This document shows positions 25,352-38,506 of a DNA stretch of 64,000 bases, in pieces. The notes under the pieces are model-generated. The model did not search any database, was not told where the DNA came from, and was given only the letters and a program-made list of their open reading frames with translations. The stretch lies in assembly GCF_963921235.1 (NCBI RefSeq), contig NC_086108.1:97652001-97716000 (forward strand), written 5' to 3'. The DNA is from Mobula hypostoma (Eukaryota). The position numbers were made by a program, and so were the translations under genes. The stretch's first letter is position 1; the number at the start of each line of letters is the position of its first letter.

Positions 25352-25895
25352 GAGGGTTGACCATGCATATTGCATCCTAACGTCCTAGCATTTAGACACG
25401 CAAGCCTGGGCAGTACGATATTGTGGAGCAAGCTCCCCCTCTCCACTGACCTACTGAACCCAAAGGAACAGCAGAGACTGATACAACAGCGTCGCAGAAG
25501 CTGCCTGTCAGCGTTGAACTCAACGTAGGACTACCTTAGGGACTCCAGCTCCAGATTTTATCCTGAGGATTTACTCCCAAAGCCTTCCTCATGAGTGGGT
25601 AAGCCAAAGGCAGTGGAGGTTTGAGATCAGAGTTTTTCTTCCCTTAGATGAGCTGCCAAACATGGTTGAAGCCATGCCAGAAGCGACTGCTCTTTAAGTG
25701 CCAGTAACCCGCCTTTGCTCCTTCTCCTGTCAGTCGAAATGGTTCCACCGGGCTTAGTAGCTAAGCCATACATGAAGGCCAGGAGCTGGACTTGGTTATC
25801 AGAGGCTGTTTGAGATGCACACCATTGGGAGTATTTAATAGGTAGTGGGAGCTTGTCACCTTTAGCACCCCTGGCTATAACAACATTAAGGAAAC
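25352..25895 (-). mobile_element. Non-autonomous retroposon, probably RTE-derived; second copy at 48400-48948
   Basis: Two diverged copies of about 545 bp in the window. The minus strand contains ttggcagctcatctaagggaagaaaaactctgatc, which resembles RTE 5' UTRs (family assignment is inference). Confidence 0.6.
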
Positions 25896-26464
25896 TTTTT
25901 TGTATATTTTCTGTGCAAAAGCACTTATAATCTTTCCTGAATTGCCTTTGGAAAATATAGAGAGACGTTGAACAGAAGCTTGTGGAGGAGGGAATTAGCT
26001 TCATGTTTTCTTAAGTATATTGGTCTATGCACAATTGCCAACCAATAATGCAGGTTGAATCAACAAGCTGTCACTTTGTATATGAACGGGAAGGAACTCC
26101 CGTGTTTATCTCTGTGGAAATGTCGATATCTCTGAAGGTAGTTTTACGGTTCATTCATACACTAATAAGAAATCATTATACTTTTTAAGACTATTGACAA
26201 TTGCACAGACGCATTTAATGGAGGAAAAGGATTAATTTTTCAGTTCGTTAGGCTGGGCATTCCAAATTGGGTCTTTTATTTAACTGAGAATCAAACATCA
26301 GGCACATTTGAACCGGAAGACCAATCAGGTTTCCCACAGCAGCTGCGGCCACCATTTTAAGTCAGTTTCAAATGAGTTACAGGTAAAGATTTATTTTTAA
26401 TTGACAATTATGCAGTTTGATAATTGACTTTTTATTCTGAAATTTGTTTGTAAAGCTGATCCTA

Positions 26465-26890
26465 AATGTTAAACATGAGAAAGTCTGTACATGCTGGAAA
26501 TCCAAAGCACACGAATTGCTGGAGGAACTCAGCAGGTCTGGCAGCATCCATTCGAAATGAATAGATAGTCGTTATGGGGCGAGACCCTTCTTCAGGACTG
26601 AGAAGGAAGGGAAAAGTGGGGAGGGGAAAGAGGCTAGCTGGAAGATGATAGGTGAAGTCAGGTGGATGGGAAAGGTTATGAGCAGGAGAAAAAGAATCTG
26701 ATAGGAGAGTGGACCACAGGAGAAAGGGAAGGAGGAGGGGACCCAGGGGGAAGTAATAGGCAGCTACAAGGTCAGAGTAGGGAATAGAGGAAGAGGGGGT
26801 GGGAATTAGTATACTGGAAGGAGAAATCAATATTCATATCATCAGGTTGGAGGTTGCCAACACAGAATCTAAGGAATTAAACTCCAAACT
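26465..26890 (-). mobile_element. PLE 3' fragment
   Basis: Minus strand QPDDMNIDFS, pyrimidine tract, broken hammerhead (agtcCTGAAGAagggtctcgccc, GAAA lost), terminal gctgagttcctccagca...tttccagc. Confidence 0.7.
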
Positions 26891-27047
26891 TCTGCATGTT
26901 TGACCAAGCACATGTATGAGCTCTTATGAGAGTTCATTTATGAGTTTACTCATGTTTCAACTTCTATTGGCAACTCTGCTCAATATCACTTCTCACTTTG
27001 TAATGCCCTCCACAAGTCCCTAGACCACTTGTTGATAGTTTCCACAG

Positions 27048-28165
27048 AGACCATAAAATTAGTGTGGAATTAGGCCTGTGCACTGCTCTACCATTCCATC
27101 GTGTCTGATTTATCATCCCTCTCAACCCATGCTCCTTTCTTTCCCTTCTAACGATTGATGCCCTTGTTAGTCAAGAACCTATCAACCTTCGCTTTAAATA
27201 TATCCAATGATTTGGCCTCCACAGCAAAGAATTATACAGATTCACCACCATCTGGCTAAAGAAATTCCTCCACATATAATAGACATCCCCTATTCTGAAG
27301 CTGTGCACTCTGGTCCTAGACTCACCTACTATAGGAAACATCTCCAATTCCAGCCTATCTAGGCCTTTAGATATTGAGTAGGTTTCAATGAGATCCCTTC
27401 TCATTCTTCTACACTCCGGTGTGTACAGGCCCAAGCCACTTAATGCTCCTCATTCATTAACCCTTTCATTCTAGGGATCATTCTGGTGAACCTCCTCTGG
27501 GCCGTCTCCAGTACCAGTACAGTGGACTATAGATAACTAAGAAAGTAGCTATTGAAAAGATGTCATTAAACTGGAAAGCGTGCAGAAAAGATTTATCAGG
27601 TTGCTGCCAGGGCTTGGCGACTGATAGAGAGAGGTTGGACAGGGCAGAACGTTATTCCTTTAGAGTGAAGGAGAGAGGCGATTTAATAGATGTATAAAAT
27701 CATGAGGGGCATAGATAGGGTGAATGCACTCAGTCTTTTTCCCAGTGTTGAGAAGCCTCATATTTTATTCCTTGGGGTGTAGAGGCACAGCTTGATAGGT
27801 GACCTTAGAGGTGTACAGAATCATGAGGGCTAAATATAGGGCAAATGCCTATTCTTCTTTTCCAGGAAAGGGGAACTAAAAACTAGAGTAGATAGGTTTA
27901 AGGTGAGAGGGTAAAGATTTAATTGGAACTTCAGGGGCAAGTTTTTACATGAAAGGTGGTATGTATCTGGAAAACAGTGGTCAGGGGAAGTAGTTGAGGC
28001 AGGTACAATACAACTTCTAAAAGGCAATTGGACAGGTATGTAGATAGGGAAGGTTTAGAAGGTTATAGGCCAAAAGCTAGAAAATGGGACCAATTTGGAT
28101 GAGCATAGGGGTCAGCATGGACTATTTGTGCCAATCAATCTGATTCCATGCTCTGTAACTCTACC
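27048..28165. mobile_element. Two adjacent CR1 3' fragments (27048-27520 minus; about 27530-28165 plus)
   Basis: MRRDLIETY..., FPIVGESRTR (minus); LERVQKRF, YKIMRGIDRV (plus, partly duplicated). Confidence 0.7.
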
Positions 28166-28248
28166 ATCTCCAGAATCTGCCTTCCAACTCGATATTGAAT
28201 TCAACAACATTAGGTCACCTGTTCTTTCTTTTCATCGATGTTGGAACC

Positions 28249-28544
28249 TGTCATGAGCCCTGCGGGCCTGTGCACCTGTACCTAGAGTGATTAAGCCCTT
28301 GTGCTTTCTGTTAACCTTGTCCAGTTTATTTTGACTGGCATGGGTTTACCGCATGCTGTGATTATTTAAAGCTGGCTCCCAATTAGCACTTATCGTGGGC
28401 CCTTGTGTTTCAAGGATGACTCATCTCGCTGTGTTGCTCAGTCAAGCCCATGGTGTTCTGTTGGAATTCCTATGAATAAACTCCTGTTTCTGTCTCTCGT
28501 TCCTTTGCACCTGTGTTCAGTCGTTGTCAGTGCACACCGTGACA
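28249..28544 (+). mobile_element. Solo LTR candidate
   Basis: Starts TGTCA, ends TGACA; internal TATTTAAA and AATAAA in the expected order; flanks ggaacc / ggagcc (6-bp TSD, one mismatch). Confidence 0.65.
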
Positions 28545-28894
28545 GGAGCCAGCCGTTTCTACCAGTCATCTCTCTGTGACTTTGTCCTTGTTTCTACTGC
28601 CATAACTTGCTCCACTGGGCATGCCCATAACTCTTCTATTAGCAACACATATCAACAAAGAAGCACAATCTGAATCTATCGTCCACACTAACCATTTTGG
28701 TCTCACCTTAACAGAGAAATTCCTCTTGTCCTGCACCTCTATCCCACACTTCAACTACTGAACACTAACTTGTTTCCTCTGTATCCCAGTTTTCCTGAGT
28801 CATTTTGCACCTGTTTCTCTCTTCACGGATACTGCCTGCTAATGTTCTAGCTTATCAGCAGCCAGTCTTGGATTGGTGTCACAAGTATGTCAGA

Positions 28895-30305
28895 ATGAGG
28901 ATCAAGTTTATCATTACCGACCTATGTTGTGAAATTTGTAGACTTTGTGGCAGCAGTACAATGCAATACATTAAGTAGTTAAATCAGATAACTAGTGTCA
29001 AAATAATAATAAAAAAATCAGTGAGGTAGTGTTCATGAGTTCAATGTCCATTTAGAAATCGGATGGCAGAGGGGAAGAAGCTGTCCCTGAGTCATCGCGT
29101 GTGTGCCTTCAGGCTTCCTGATGAATGAGAGCAAGGCATAACCTGGCTGATGAGCGTCCTTAATGAAGGACGCTATCTTTGAGGCGTCGCTCCTTGAAGA
29201 TGTTCTGGATTCTACAGAGGCTACTGCCCATGGTGGAGCTGACTAATTTTACAACTTCCTACAGCTTACTGCGGTCCTGTGCCGTAGCTCCAATCCTCCC
29301 ATTCCAGACAGTGGTGCAGCCAGTTAGAGTGCTTGTCGCAGTGTGGATATTTTCAAGTGTTTTTGGTGATATACCAAAACCTTCTCAAATTCCTAAACAA
29401 GTGTAGCCATTATTCTGCCTTTTTTTTTAATGCTGCATCGATATGTTGGGTCCAGGTTATATCCTCAGAAGTATTGACACCCAGGACCTTGAAATTGCTC
29501 ACTCTTTCCACTTCTGATCCCTTTATGAGGGTTGGTGTGTGTTCTGTCATCTTACCCTTGAAGTCTACAATCAGTTTTTTGGTCTTACTGTTGTTTTGTG
29601 CAAGGTTTTTGCTGCGACACCACTCAACTAGCTAATATATGTTGCTCTTGTTTGCCCACTCGTTTCCATCTGTGATTCTGCCTACAAAGGTTGTATCATC
29701 AGCAAATTTATGGATGGCATTTGAGGTGTGTTTAGCCGTGCAGTCATGGGTGTAGAGAGAGTGGAGCAGTGGGCTAAGTACACATCCTTGAGGTGTGCCA
29801 GTGTTGATTGTCAGCGAGGTGGAGATGTTGTTTCCAATCTGCACAGACTGTGAACTACCAGTTAGGAAGTCCAGGATCCAGTTGCAGAGGGGGGTACAGA
29901 GCCCCACGTTCTGGAGCTTTTTGATCAGAACTGTAGGAATGATTGTATTAAAAGCTGAGCTGTAGTCAATAAGTAGCATCTGGACATGGGTATTGTAATT
30001 ATCCAGGTGACCCAAGGCCGCATGAAGAGCCAATGAGATGTCCACCGTAGGCCTTTTGTTGTGATAGGCAAATTGCAGTGAGTACAGGTCCTTACTGAGA
30101 CAGGAGTTGATTCTAACCATAACCAAACTCTCAAAGCACATCATCACAGTAAATGTACGTGCCACTGGATGATAGTCGTGAAGGCCGCTCAGCCTGCTCT
30201 TCTAAGGCACTGGTAGAATTGTTGCCTTTTTGAAGCAAGTGGGAACTTATGACTGTAGCAGTATGAGGTTGAAAATGTCTTTGAACACCTCGCCAGTTGG
30301 TTGGT
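28895..30305 (-). mobile_element. Rex1/Babar-type LINE 3' part, degenerate
   Basis: ORF 29632-30165 ([36 protein letters not shown]). Confidence 0.85.
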
Positions 30306-31284
30306 ATATCAGAGCTTAATGAGAAAAGCATTTTTTTTCTGAAGGATGCTGATGCGTCCATTGTGATTATTTGTGCGATTTGTCTCTGCATTTTCAGATA
30401 GAACCAGACATCGATCTGCTAGTCTTCACTGCCCAAACCATTACCCTCAGTTATAGCAAGACACGAACCCAAATCTCAAATAGGGATTAAGGCCAGCTTG
30501 AAGCCCATTAGCTCAGGATTCAATCCCTTCCCTTACTTATGGTTAGAAGTCTTTCGAAGAGAAGTAGAAAAATAATAGGAGAAAAGAAAATATGTTGGCT
30601 CAGAGTATTTTCTTTAATAATAATTAAAAACAAAGATTAGTAATGATGAGCAAGTGTGTAGTATTAAGGCATAGTTCCCCAAACAGAAGGGAATGAATAT
30701 ATTAATAGTGATGAATGCAAAAGTGCACATCATGGGTTTTATATTTCAGACAGTGTACTTCAAATTGTGGAAGACAAGAGCTTTAGTCATAAAAAATTAA
30801 GGCAATGAATATTGCTTTGGAGGATTGGATGCAAAATATGTAAGCACGAGTCAAGCAATATGTGTCTAGCTGCAAGTCATAACAGAGAACAGCTAAATTA
30901 TCCGCAGTGCTTGTAGACATACCATGAAACATTAATTCAACTTGAAACCAGGGAGAAGAAAATGGTGATTAATATGCTGAATAAAGAGCAGATAATGTCC
31001 ATGGATTGAGGAGATGGTGCCAGGTTTGATCAGTAACCATTTGTAAACGTTTTTGCATCTACACATTAAAGCTGTATATATTCAGTAAAAATAAACTAAG
31101 ACATGAATCATCCAGTAAGCCTTCCATAAAAAGAATCATGAATTTCAAAGCTATTGTGCTGATGGAATTTAACGATCCAAAAAATTTGGACTGAATTTAA
31201 ATATTCCTTGCATTGTGAAGTTATGCTTTACTTACTTGAAGCTGATGGATTGCTCTTGAGTTTCAGTTATAATTCAGTTGAGTT

Positions 31285-31431
31285 TCAGGTACAGGAGCCT
31301 GAAGGCACACACTCAGTGATTCAGAAACAGCTTCTTCCCCTCTGCCATCCGATTTCTGAATGGGCATTGAACCTGCGGACACTACATCAATAGTTTTTTT
31401 ATTTTCTGTTTTTTGCACCACTTATTTAATT

Positions 31432-31498
<67 letters not shown>

Positions 31499-31655
31499 TC
31501 ATACATACATACGCATATATATACACACACACACTTACTGTAATACACAGTTTTCTTGTCCTCTCTATTATCATATATTGCATTGTACAGCTGCCACAAT
31601 GTTAACACATTTCATGACATATGCCAGTGATATTAAACCCAATTCTGATTCTGAT
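31285..31655 (+). mobile_element. Rex1-type 3' end containing a microsatellite
   Basis: RYRSLKAH...RNSFFPSAIRFLNGH* and a (ctgatt) tail at about 31643-31655. Confidence 0.7.
31436..31533. repeat. Compound microsatellite (TG)n(TA)n(CA)n, self-complementary
   Basis: Read directly from the sequence. Confidence 0.95.
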
Positions 31656-31939
31656 AATGAAAATTATGAGGCCCTTTATTTTCATGGTATGGTATTGTCA
31701 TTAGTGTAATCTTACATGTTACCTATCTCTAGGGGCTTAAGTCTGCATTTCATTTCTTTATTTGGAATTATCCCAGAACTGACTGCATTTGTTGAAAATT
31801 CATGGTTAATTTATTCACTTCAGCAGTCAAGAGTTACTCCAATTTTTCTACAATAATAAGGATTTCATGGTTTCTCCTCCCTTCTGCAGGACATTAATAG
31901 CACATGGAATTTCTCCAATGAGAAAGTTCTGATGCTCTA

Positions 31940-32520
31940 CTCAAAGTTGAAAATAAATGTTGTTATCAAAGTACACGTGTCACCAAATACAACACTTGAG
32001 ATTTATTTTCTTGTGGGCATATTCAATAAATCTATAGAATAATAACCATAACAGAATCAATGAAAGATTACCCAACTAGGGCATTCAACTGGAGTGCAGA
32101 AGTCAACGAACTGTGCAAATACAAAAAGAAGAAATAATGATAAATTATTGAGAGCATGAGATGAAGAGTCCTTGAAAGTGAGTCCATTGGTTGTAGAAGC
32201 TTTTCAATGAAAAGAAAGAAAGAATAATAATATATAAATAAGCAATAAATATTCATAACATGGTGTGAAGATTGAACATTCAATGATGGGGCAAGTGAAG
32301 TTGAATGAAGTTATCTCCTTTGGTTCAAGTGCCTGATGGTTGAGGGGTATTAACTGTTCCTGAACCTGGTGGTGTGAGTCCTGAGGCTCTTGTACCTTCT
32401 TTCTGATGGTAGCAGTGAGAAGAGATGTTCTGTATGGTGGGGTCCTTGATGATGGATGCTGCTTTCCTGTGACAGCGTTTCATGTAGATGTGCTCAATGG
32501 TTGGGGTGGACTGGGCCGAA
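31940..32520 (-). mobile_element. Rex1-type LINE 3' end with internal duplication
   Basis: Minus strand KAASIIKDPT..., PSERRYKSLRTHTTRFRNS; duplicated aaaagaagaa(a)taat block. Confidence 0.6.
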
Positions 32521-32619
32521 TTGAACTAGCTGGTACCTGCAGGTAGATCCTTTAGATATAATAGATGGCTTCAATATTTCTGGTTGCATTAATGAGATAG
32601 CATTCCACTCATTTACTTC

Positions 32620-33420
32620 AGTCACATGCAGACAAGTGTGAAGTGTTGCTCTTTAGGAGGACAAACCAATGCAGGACTTGTAAGTGAACAGTAGGGCAAA
32701 GAGGAGTGTGAAAGAACACAGGTATCTGGGAATACAGATCCATAATTCCTTGGAAGTGCCGTCCAGGTAGATAGGGTCATAAAGAGAGCTTTTGTTATAC
32801 TGGCCTTCATAAATCAAATTGCTGAGTACAGGAGTTGGAACGTTATGTTGAAATTGTATAAGACGTTTGTGAGGCCTAATTTGAAGTATTGTGTGAAATT
32901 CTGGTCACCTAGTTACAACAAAGATATCAGTACGATTGAAAGAGTGCAGAGAAAATTTACAAGGATGTTGCTAGGAACTGAGGACCTGAGTTCAAGGGAA
33001 AGGCTGAACAGGTTTGGACTTTATTCCCTGGAGTGTACAAGTCTGAAGGGTGATTTGATAGAGGTATGCAGAACGATGAAGCGTATAGACAGAGTGAATG
33101 CAAGCAATCTTTTTCCACTGAGGTTGGGTGAGGCAAGAACTAGAAGTCATGGGTGAAGGGTAAAATACTTAAGGGGAACCTGAACATGAACTCTTCACTC
33201 AGAGGGTGGTATGATGTGGAGAGAGCTGCCACCAGTGTGGTGGATGCAAGTTCGATTGCAACATATAAGAGAAGGTTGGATAAGTACATGGATGGCAGGG
33301 GTATGGAAGGAAATAGACAAGGTGCAAGTTGATGGGACAAAGCAGAATAACATTTTGGCATAGACTAGATGGGCCAAAGGGACTTTCTGTGGTGTACAGC
33401 TCTTTGACAATATGACTATC
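32620..33420 (+). mobile_element. CR1 3' part
   Basis: ORF 32845-33156 (MLKLYKTFVRPNLKYCV.FWSP, ERVQRKFTRML) plus tail. Confidence 0.85.
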
Positions 33421-33550
33421 GATAATTTTTTTGGAGGCATATAAATACAGATGTGATGTTGTCTGGACTGAAGAGAGTAGAATGGAGTTTGTGGCCTCCC
33501 ATCCCAACCCTGGGGCCAAAATTGCTTACCATACTTAGCATATAATTTAG

Positions 33551-33732
33551 GAGACACAGGAGACCGCAGATGCTGAAATCTGGAGCAACGATCTGCTGGA
33601 GGAACTGAGCAGCACCTGTGGGAGGAAAAGAATTGTTGATATTTCAAGTCCTAATGGCCCAAAACACTGATGTTTCCTTTCTTCCAGCGGATGATGCTCA
33701 TCTCACTGAGTTCTTCCAGCAGATTGTTTGCT
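33551..33732 (-). mobile_element. Old short PLE fold-back (inverted 3'-end pair)
   Basis: agcaacgatctgctggaggaactgag (from 33584) pairs with ctgagttcttccagcagattgtttgct (to 33732); unpaired tail 33551-33583. Confidence 0.6.
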
Positions 33733-35709
33733 GTCCCATATAACTGACGGCCATCTTCGACAAAGTGCAGACCATGGACATGGGATCAAAGGGTTAATAC
33801 CATAACAGAGGCAAATTGTGTTAAGGCTGAGCAGCATTGTTGTGCATTACCCTAAATAAATTGTTGCAGAATAAATGCGAGATTTTTAAAAGATAGTTTT
33901 CCCATAACAAAAGAATTAAGCGTAGTCTCAATCTACATGAAAGAGCCTGGGATCTACGGGCCTACAGTTTTCTCTGATCCAGATATTTGTCTCTATTGAT
34001 CTTTTTATGGACTGGAAATGGAGAGAGTAATTATCCATCCAGACCAACTCATTGATTAGATTTTCCATAGGAGAGCAAGCAATGACTAATCATTATTGAA
34101 TTCCCAACGGTTTTATCATTTCCATGGTAATTGGTTTTCTTTTTAGTTGAATTGCTTAAGCAAGAGAATTTTTTTTTTTCATTTTGGAAATTAGAATGAC
34201 CGCCCAGTTTCTTTCCCTTTACCTCTAAATGTACCGTGTAACCTTCTAAACACATTTAGCTTTGATTGAGGTTATGAGGAGTATGTTGATAAGGCAGAAT
34301 GTCATTATAATGAAGTGGTTACTTAGTAGCTTATTAAAAGGTCAAGAATGGGATTAAAGGAATCAAATGGTCATACTGATTACTAAATTTCTACTGACTG
34401 TAACTGCAGTTATGGTTATACATTATGCTACAAAGAACCTTGAAATATTTTACAAAGTGGCTAGGATTCAAATTGCTTGGAGCATCAGAACAGGACAGCA
34501 CCATTCGGCACAGTATGCCTGTTCTCTCATTGAGTCGGTCATGCTAATCATTCCACCCTTTCTCCTAACCTTGCACAGCAGATCTCTACAGTATTGTTCC
34601 TGCTCTTGCAATGTCCAACTGAGCCAGTCATCGGAGGAAGGACCTGTTTCTGTGCAGTAGTGCTCTATGATGCTATAAGAATACTTGACTCCCATGTCTT
34701 ACGCATGTATCAGCATGATATCATAGCTGAGGAAGGGGATGTTGATCTTAGCAGGTTCATCAGAATAGTGCCTATAGGTGCAAAGGTTAAACTCCAAGGA
34801 GAGTTTACAGAAACCAAGGATAGCAAGGCTCGGAATTCCAAAGGTTAAGGGAAACCTTGCCTGGTTTCTGCTGATTGGGAATCCTTGGTCGCCGATCATA
34901 GCACTAAAAGCAGTGAAATTGAAATACAATTCTACACATATACAATAGTAAAATCTCTTCCATAAGTGTTCAAAGGTTAATGATTATATTGATAGGTGGA
35001 TCAAGCTCAAGGTTTAGCTGGTGTAAGCTCATGCAAAACTTGCAGGCTGCCCCCAGCACAATCCCTGCTGGTTTGTATTTTGACACCAATTACACACGTT
35101 TCGACATTTCAATGTACAAGTGGCAAATCAAGTTAATCCCTTTAACTGTTCAGGGCAATACAGCATGCTCTCGTACAGTAAGTTACCGTCTCTCTGGAGC
35201 CAAGCATGCTGTAATTCTGGCAAACCTTTGCTGTAATTTTCCCAAAGGCTGATATAGTGTTGCTCGTTCCGTGCTTTAAACTGAGGGTCATTACATCAAA
35301 GAACAAAGATTTGAGTTCTTTTTTTGGAGGGCAAAAAGTTGCTTAATTTTGATTTTTAGTACAGAAATGGACCATAGTAGAGAAGTTTTAAGCAGGAGAT
35401 GCCAGAAAAGTAGAGATAAAGGGGAACCCGAGGAGAAACTTCTTCACTCAGAAGGTGGTGCAAGACTGCCAGTGGAAGAAGTAATACTAATTGTAACATT
35501 TAAGGGAAGCTTGGATAAGTAAATGGATGGGAGGGGATAGAGGGCTATGGTCGAGGTGCAGTAGATGGAACTAGGTAGAAGACCCATCACGGACTAAATG
35601 GCCCAAAGGGTCTGATTCCCTTTGTAGTGCTCTATGACTCCATAACTCTCTCAGTTACCACAGGGAAAACCGGCTTGCAATGGCAATGTTCATAGCAACA
35701 TCACTTTTC

Positions 35710-38260
35710 TTTTTTTTTTAATTTTATTTTTTTATTTGGATAAGGAGTTCACAATTATCATGTACTTTTTTCACACATATGACCTTTTCCATTTTTTATA
35801 TGTATAAAACTACAATTATTTATACATTCTTAAGTACACATTGAGATATAAAAGCAAAATAAACATTTAAATAGATAATTATGTAGTGTGGTAAATCTAA
35901 CCTATTAGGCTAAGTAATGAAATTAGTTGTTAAGAAAAATGGTAATAATAGTTTCCATACAACCCTTCTGGACTATTTCCACTGGTCCAAAATGTTGCAT
36001 ACAAGCCTATATACCAACCATTGTAGGTGTTTATATCCCAATTTGTTCGTGCTTGTTCCTGCCCGCAGACATAATTATCCAATCCCTATGTACTTATTTA
36101 CTTAATTTTTTAATTTTTTTTTATCCCTTTCCCAAATCTTTCCCTTTACTTGTGTTAATTCTCTATTTTCCAAAAAAAAACAACAAACATTTAGACTAGG
36201 GGTGCTTACGTTAGCAATATTACTGTGTTGATGAGAAGAGCAATATAAATCATTAGGAGAGTCATCTAAAGTCTGCTCGCATTGGGGTTATATATTCAAT
36301 CCATTTATTCCAGATTTGATAAAATGTTTCTTTTTGAGTTCTCAGGGAGTAGGTCAACTTTTCCATTTTAAATATTTCCAAGATAATTTCGTACCAATCT
36401 TCTAATGTAGGTGGTATTGGATTTAGCCATTTTCTAGTGATTGATTTCTTACTTGCCACTAAGAGGGCCTGCAGCAACTTTATATCTTCCTTCTGTTCAA
36501 GAAACAATACATGCCCCAAATAGAGCGTCTCAAAGTTCAGAGGTATCTGGGACCTAAGTACCTTAACTAATGTTCCATGAATACCTTCCCAAAATAGACT
36601 TAATTTAGGGCAATCCCAGAAAATATGAAAATGATTTGCCTCCTTGGAGCCGCACCTTCTCCAACACATCACATTTGTATCTTTATATTTTTCCTGATAT
36701 GGGGTCTTGAAGTATCTTATAATGTTTTTCCAACAATGTTCTCTCCAAGTCAAAGAATTAGTCGAGAACCATTGAAAGCTGCAGATTTTCCCCCAAGCCT
36801 CCTCTGAAAGTACCAACCCCGCTTCTTTCTCCCACTTCTCTTTAATATACAGTGTATTTACATTTTTAGCATGGGAGAGTGCATTATATAGGCGAGAAAC
36901 TGATTTACTAGGTATTGAACTGCAAGCCGAATTCAGAATCTTGAAAAATTCTAATTCTACTGTTGATAGGTCTGTATATCTACACCTCTGGTTAACATAG
37001 TTTCGTATTTGAAGGTACCTAAAAAAGTCATTATGTTCTAGGCCATGTTTGTCCTGCAGGATTTGGAAACTTTGTAATACTCTTTTATCTATAAATGAGA
37101 GGTAGGTTGTAAGACCTTTCTTTATCCATAGCTCAAATCTTTTATCTCCTCTGTTGGGAAGGAATTCGGTATCATATGCACACCATCTAAAGAGTTTTAG
37201 CATGTTATTAATTCCACATGAATTAACCACCTTCTGCCATACTTTTAATGTAAGATTTATCCAAGCATTATTAAATTTTTCCAACTGGGCCATCAATCCT
37301 TTGTCAGCTATTGAGGCCTGAAGAGGAAAACTGTCAACTAATCCAAATTCTATTTCCTTCCATCTAGCCTTATATTCCCTATTACACCAATATAACAGAG
37401 GGGTTATCTGTGAGGCATAAAAATAATTTCTCAGGCAAGGAAGAACCATACCTCCTCTTTCCTTCCCTAACTGTAAGGTGTTATATCGAATTCTAGGTTT
37501 CCTTCCTTGCCAAATGAAGCGGGAAATCCATTTGTCCCATTCCCTGAATTGATTATCATCCACCTCCACTGGTAAAGTACGGAAAAGATATAATAACCGA
37601 GGAAGAATATTCATTTTTATAGCATTTATCCTTGAATTTAAACTTAAAAAGGGGATAAGATTCCATCTATGCATATCTGCTTTTATCTCTGAGATTAATG
37701 GCCCATAATTTACCTGTGACAGTGTTGAAAGATCCTTCGGCAGGGTTATTCCTAAATATTTTAATGATTTAGCTTCCCACTTAAGATCGTATGTATCCTG
37801 CAATTTTTTGGATGGTGTATAATTTAGGGACATAACCTGCGTTTTCTTTACATTTATTTTATAACCTGATATTTTCCCAAAGTCATCCAACAGTGTAAAC
37901 AATCCTATAAATGATTTTTCTGGTTCACTCAGATAGACCAAAACATCATCTGCGAATAACGCCACTTTCTGTTCAATCCCTGCCACCTTGATACCTTTTA
38001 CGATTTCGCTCTGTCTTATTAGTTGGGCAAGTGGTTCAATATATAGCGCAAAAAGGAGAGGAGAAATTGGGCATCCCTGTCTACTGCCTCTCTCTAAAAT
38101 GAAGGAGTCAGAGAGGTCCCCATTTATCTTAATTCAGGCTGTTGGGCTGTCATACAGAGTCTGAATTACTTTAATAAACCTTTCTTGAAAGCCGAATCTT
38201 CCTAACACTCTGTATAGGAATACCCAACTAACCGAATCAAAAGCTTTCTCAGCGTCCAAT
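35710..38260 (-). mobile_element. Young 5'-truncated L1-clade LINE with poly(A) tail and 15-bp TSD
   Basis: TSD gcaacatcacttttc at 35695-35709 and 38261-38275; T-run at 35710 onward; long ORF2 reading frame. Confidence 0.92.
36262..38259 (-). pseudogene. L1-clade ORF2 (RT to C-terminal zinc knuckle), 5'-truncated, one in-frame stop
   Basis: [55 protein letters not shown] single TGA near 38134-38136, then open to 36262. Confidence 0.9.
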
Positions 38261-38506
38261 GCAACATCACTTTTCAATTCCTGAATGTTGGTTTGAACAT
38301 TAATTTTCTGTCAGAGTCACCAAATCTACAGGCTCTCCTGTGCCTAGCGTCACCTTATGGACATACAATCAATATAAGCTCATACATTTATATTTATTGT
38401 GTTTTTTAATTATTGTGTTTTTTATCTTATTGTGATCCAGAGTAACAAATAGTTTGTTCTCCTTTATACTTGTGTACTGGAAATGATATTAAGCGATTGT
38501 GAATCT

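Noticed and set aside
1738..26600. Additional hammerheads at about 1738-1773, 18611-18645, 23527-23562 and 26565-26600 as active ribozymes
   Set aside because: Core nucleotides are mutated or deleted (GUGAUGA, UUGAUGA or loss of GAAA); they are recorded only as decayed PLE remnants.
31360..31709. ORFs with CVCV/THTH/IYIY runs (also 39381-39759)
   Set aside because: Translations of dinucleotide microsatellites.
36262..37986. 574-aa ORF as a host or domesticated gene
   Set aside because: It is the C-terminal part of L1 ORF2 inside a TSD-flanked, poly(A)-tailed, 5'-truncated insertion, with no true start codon context.
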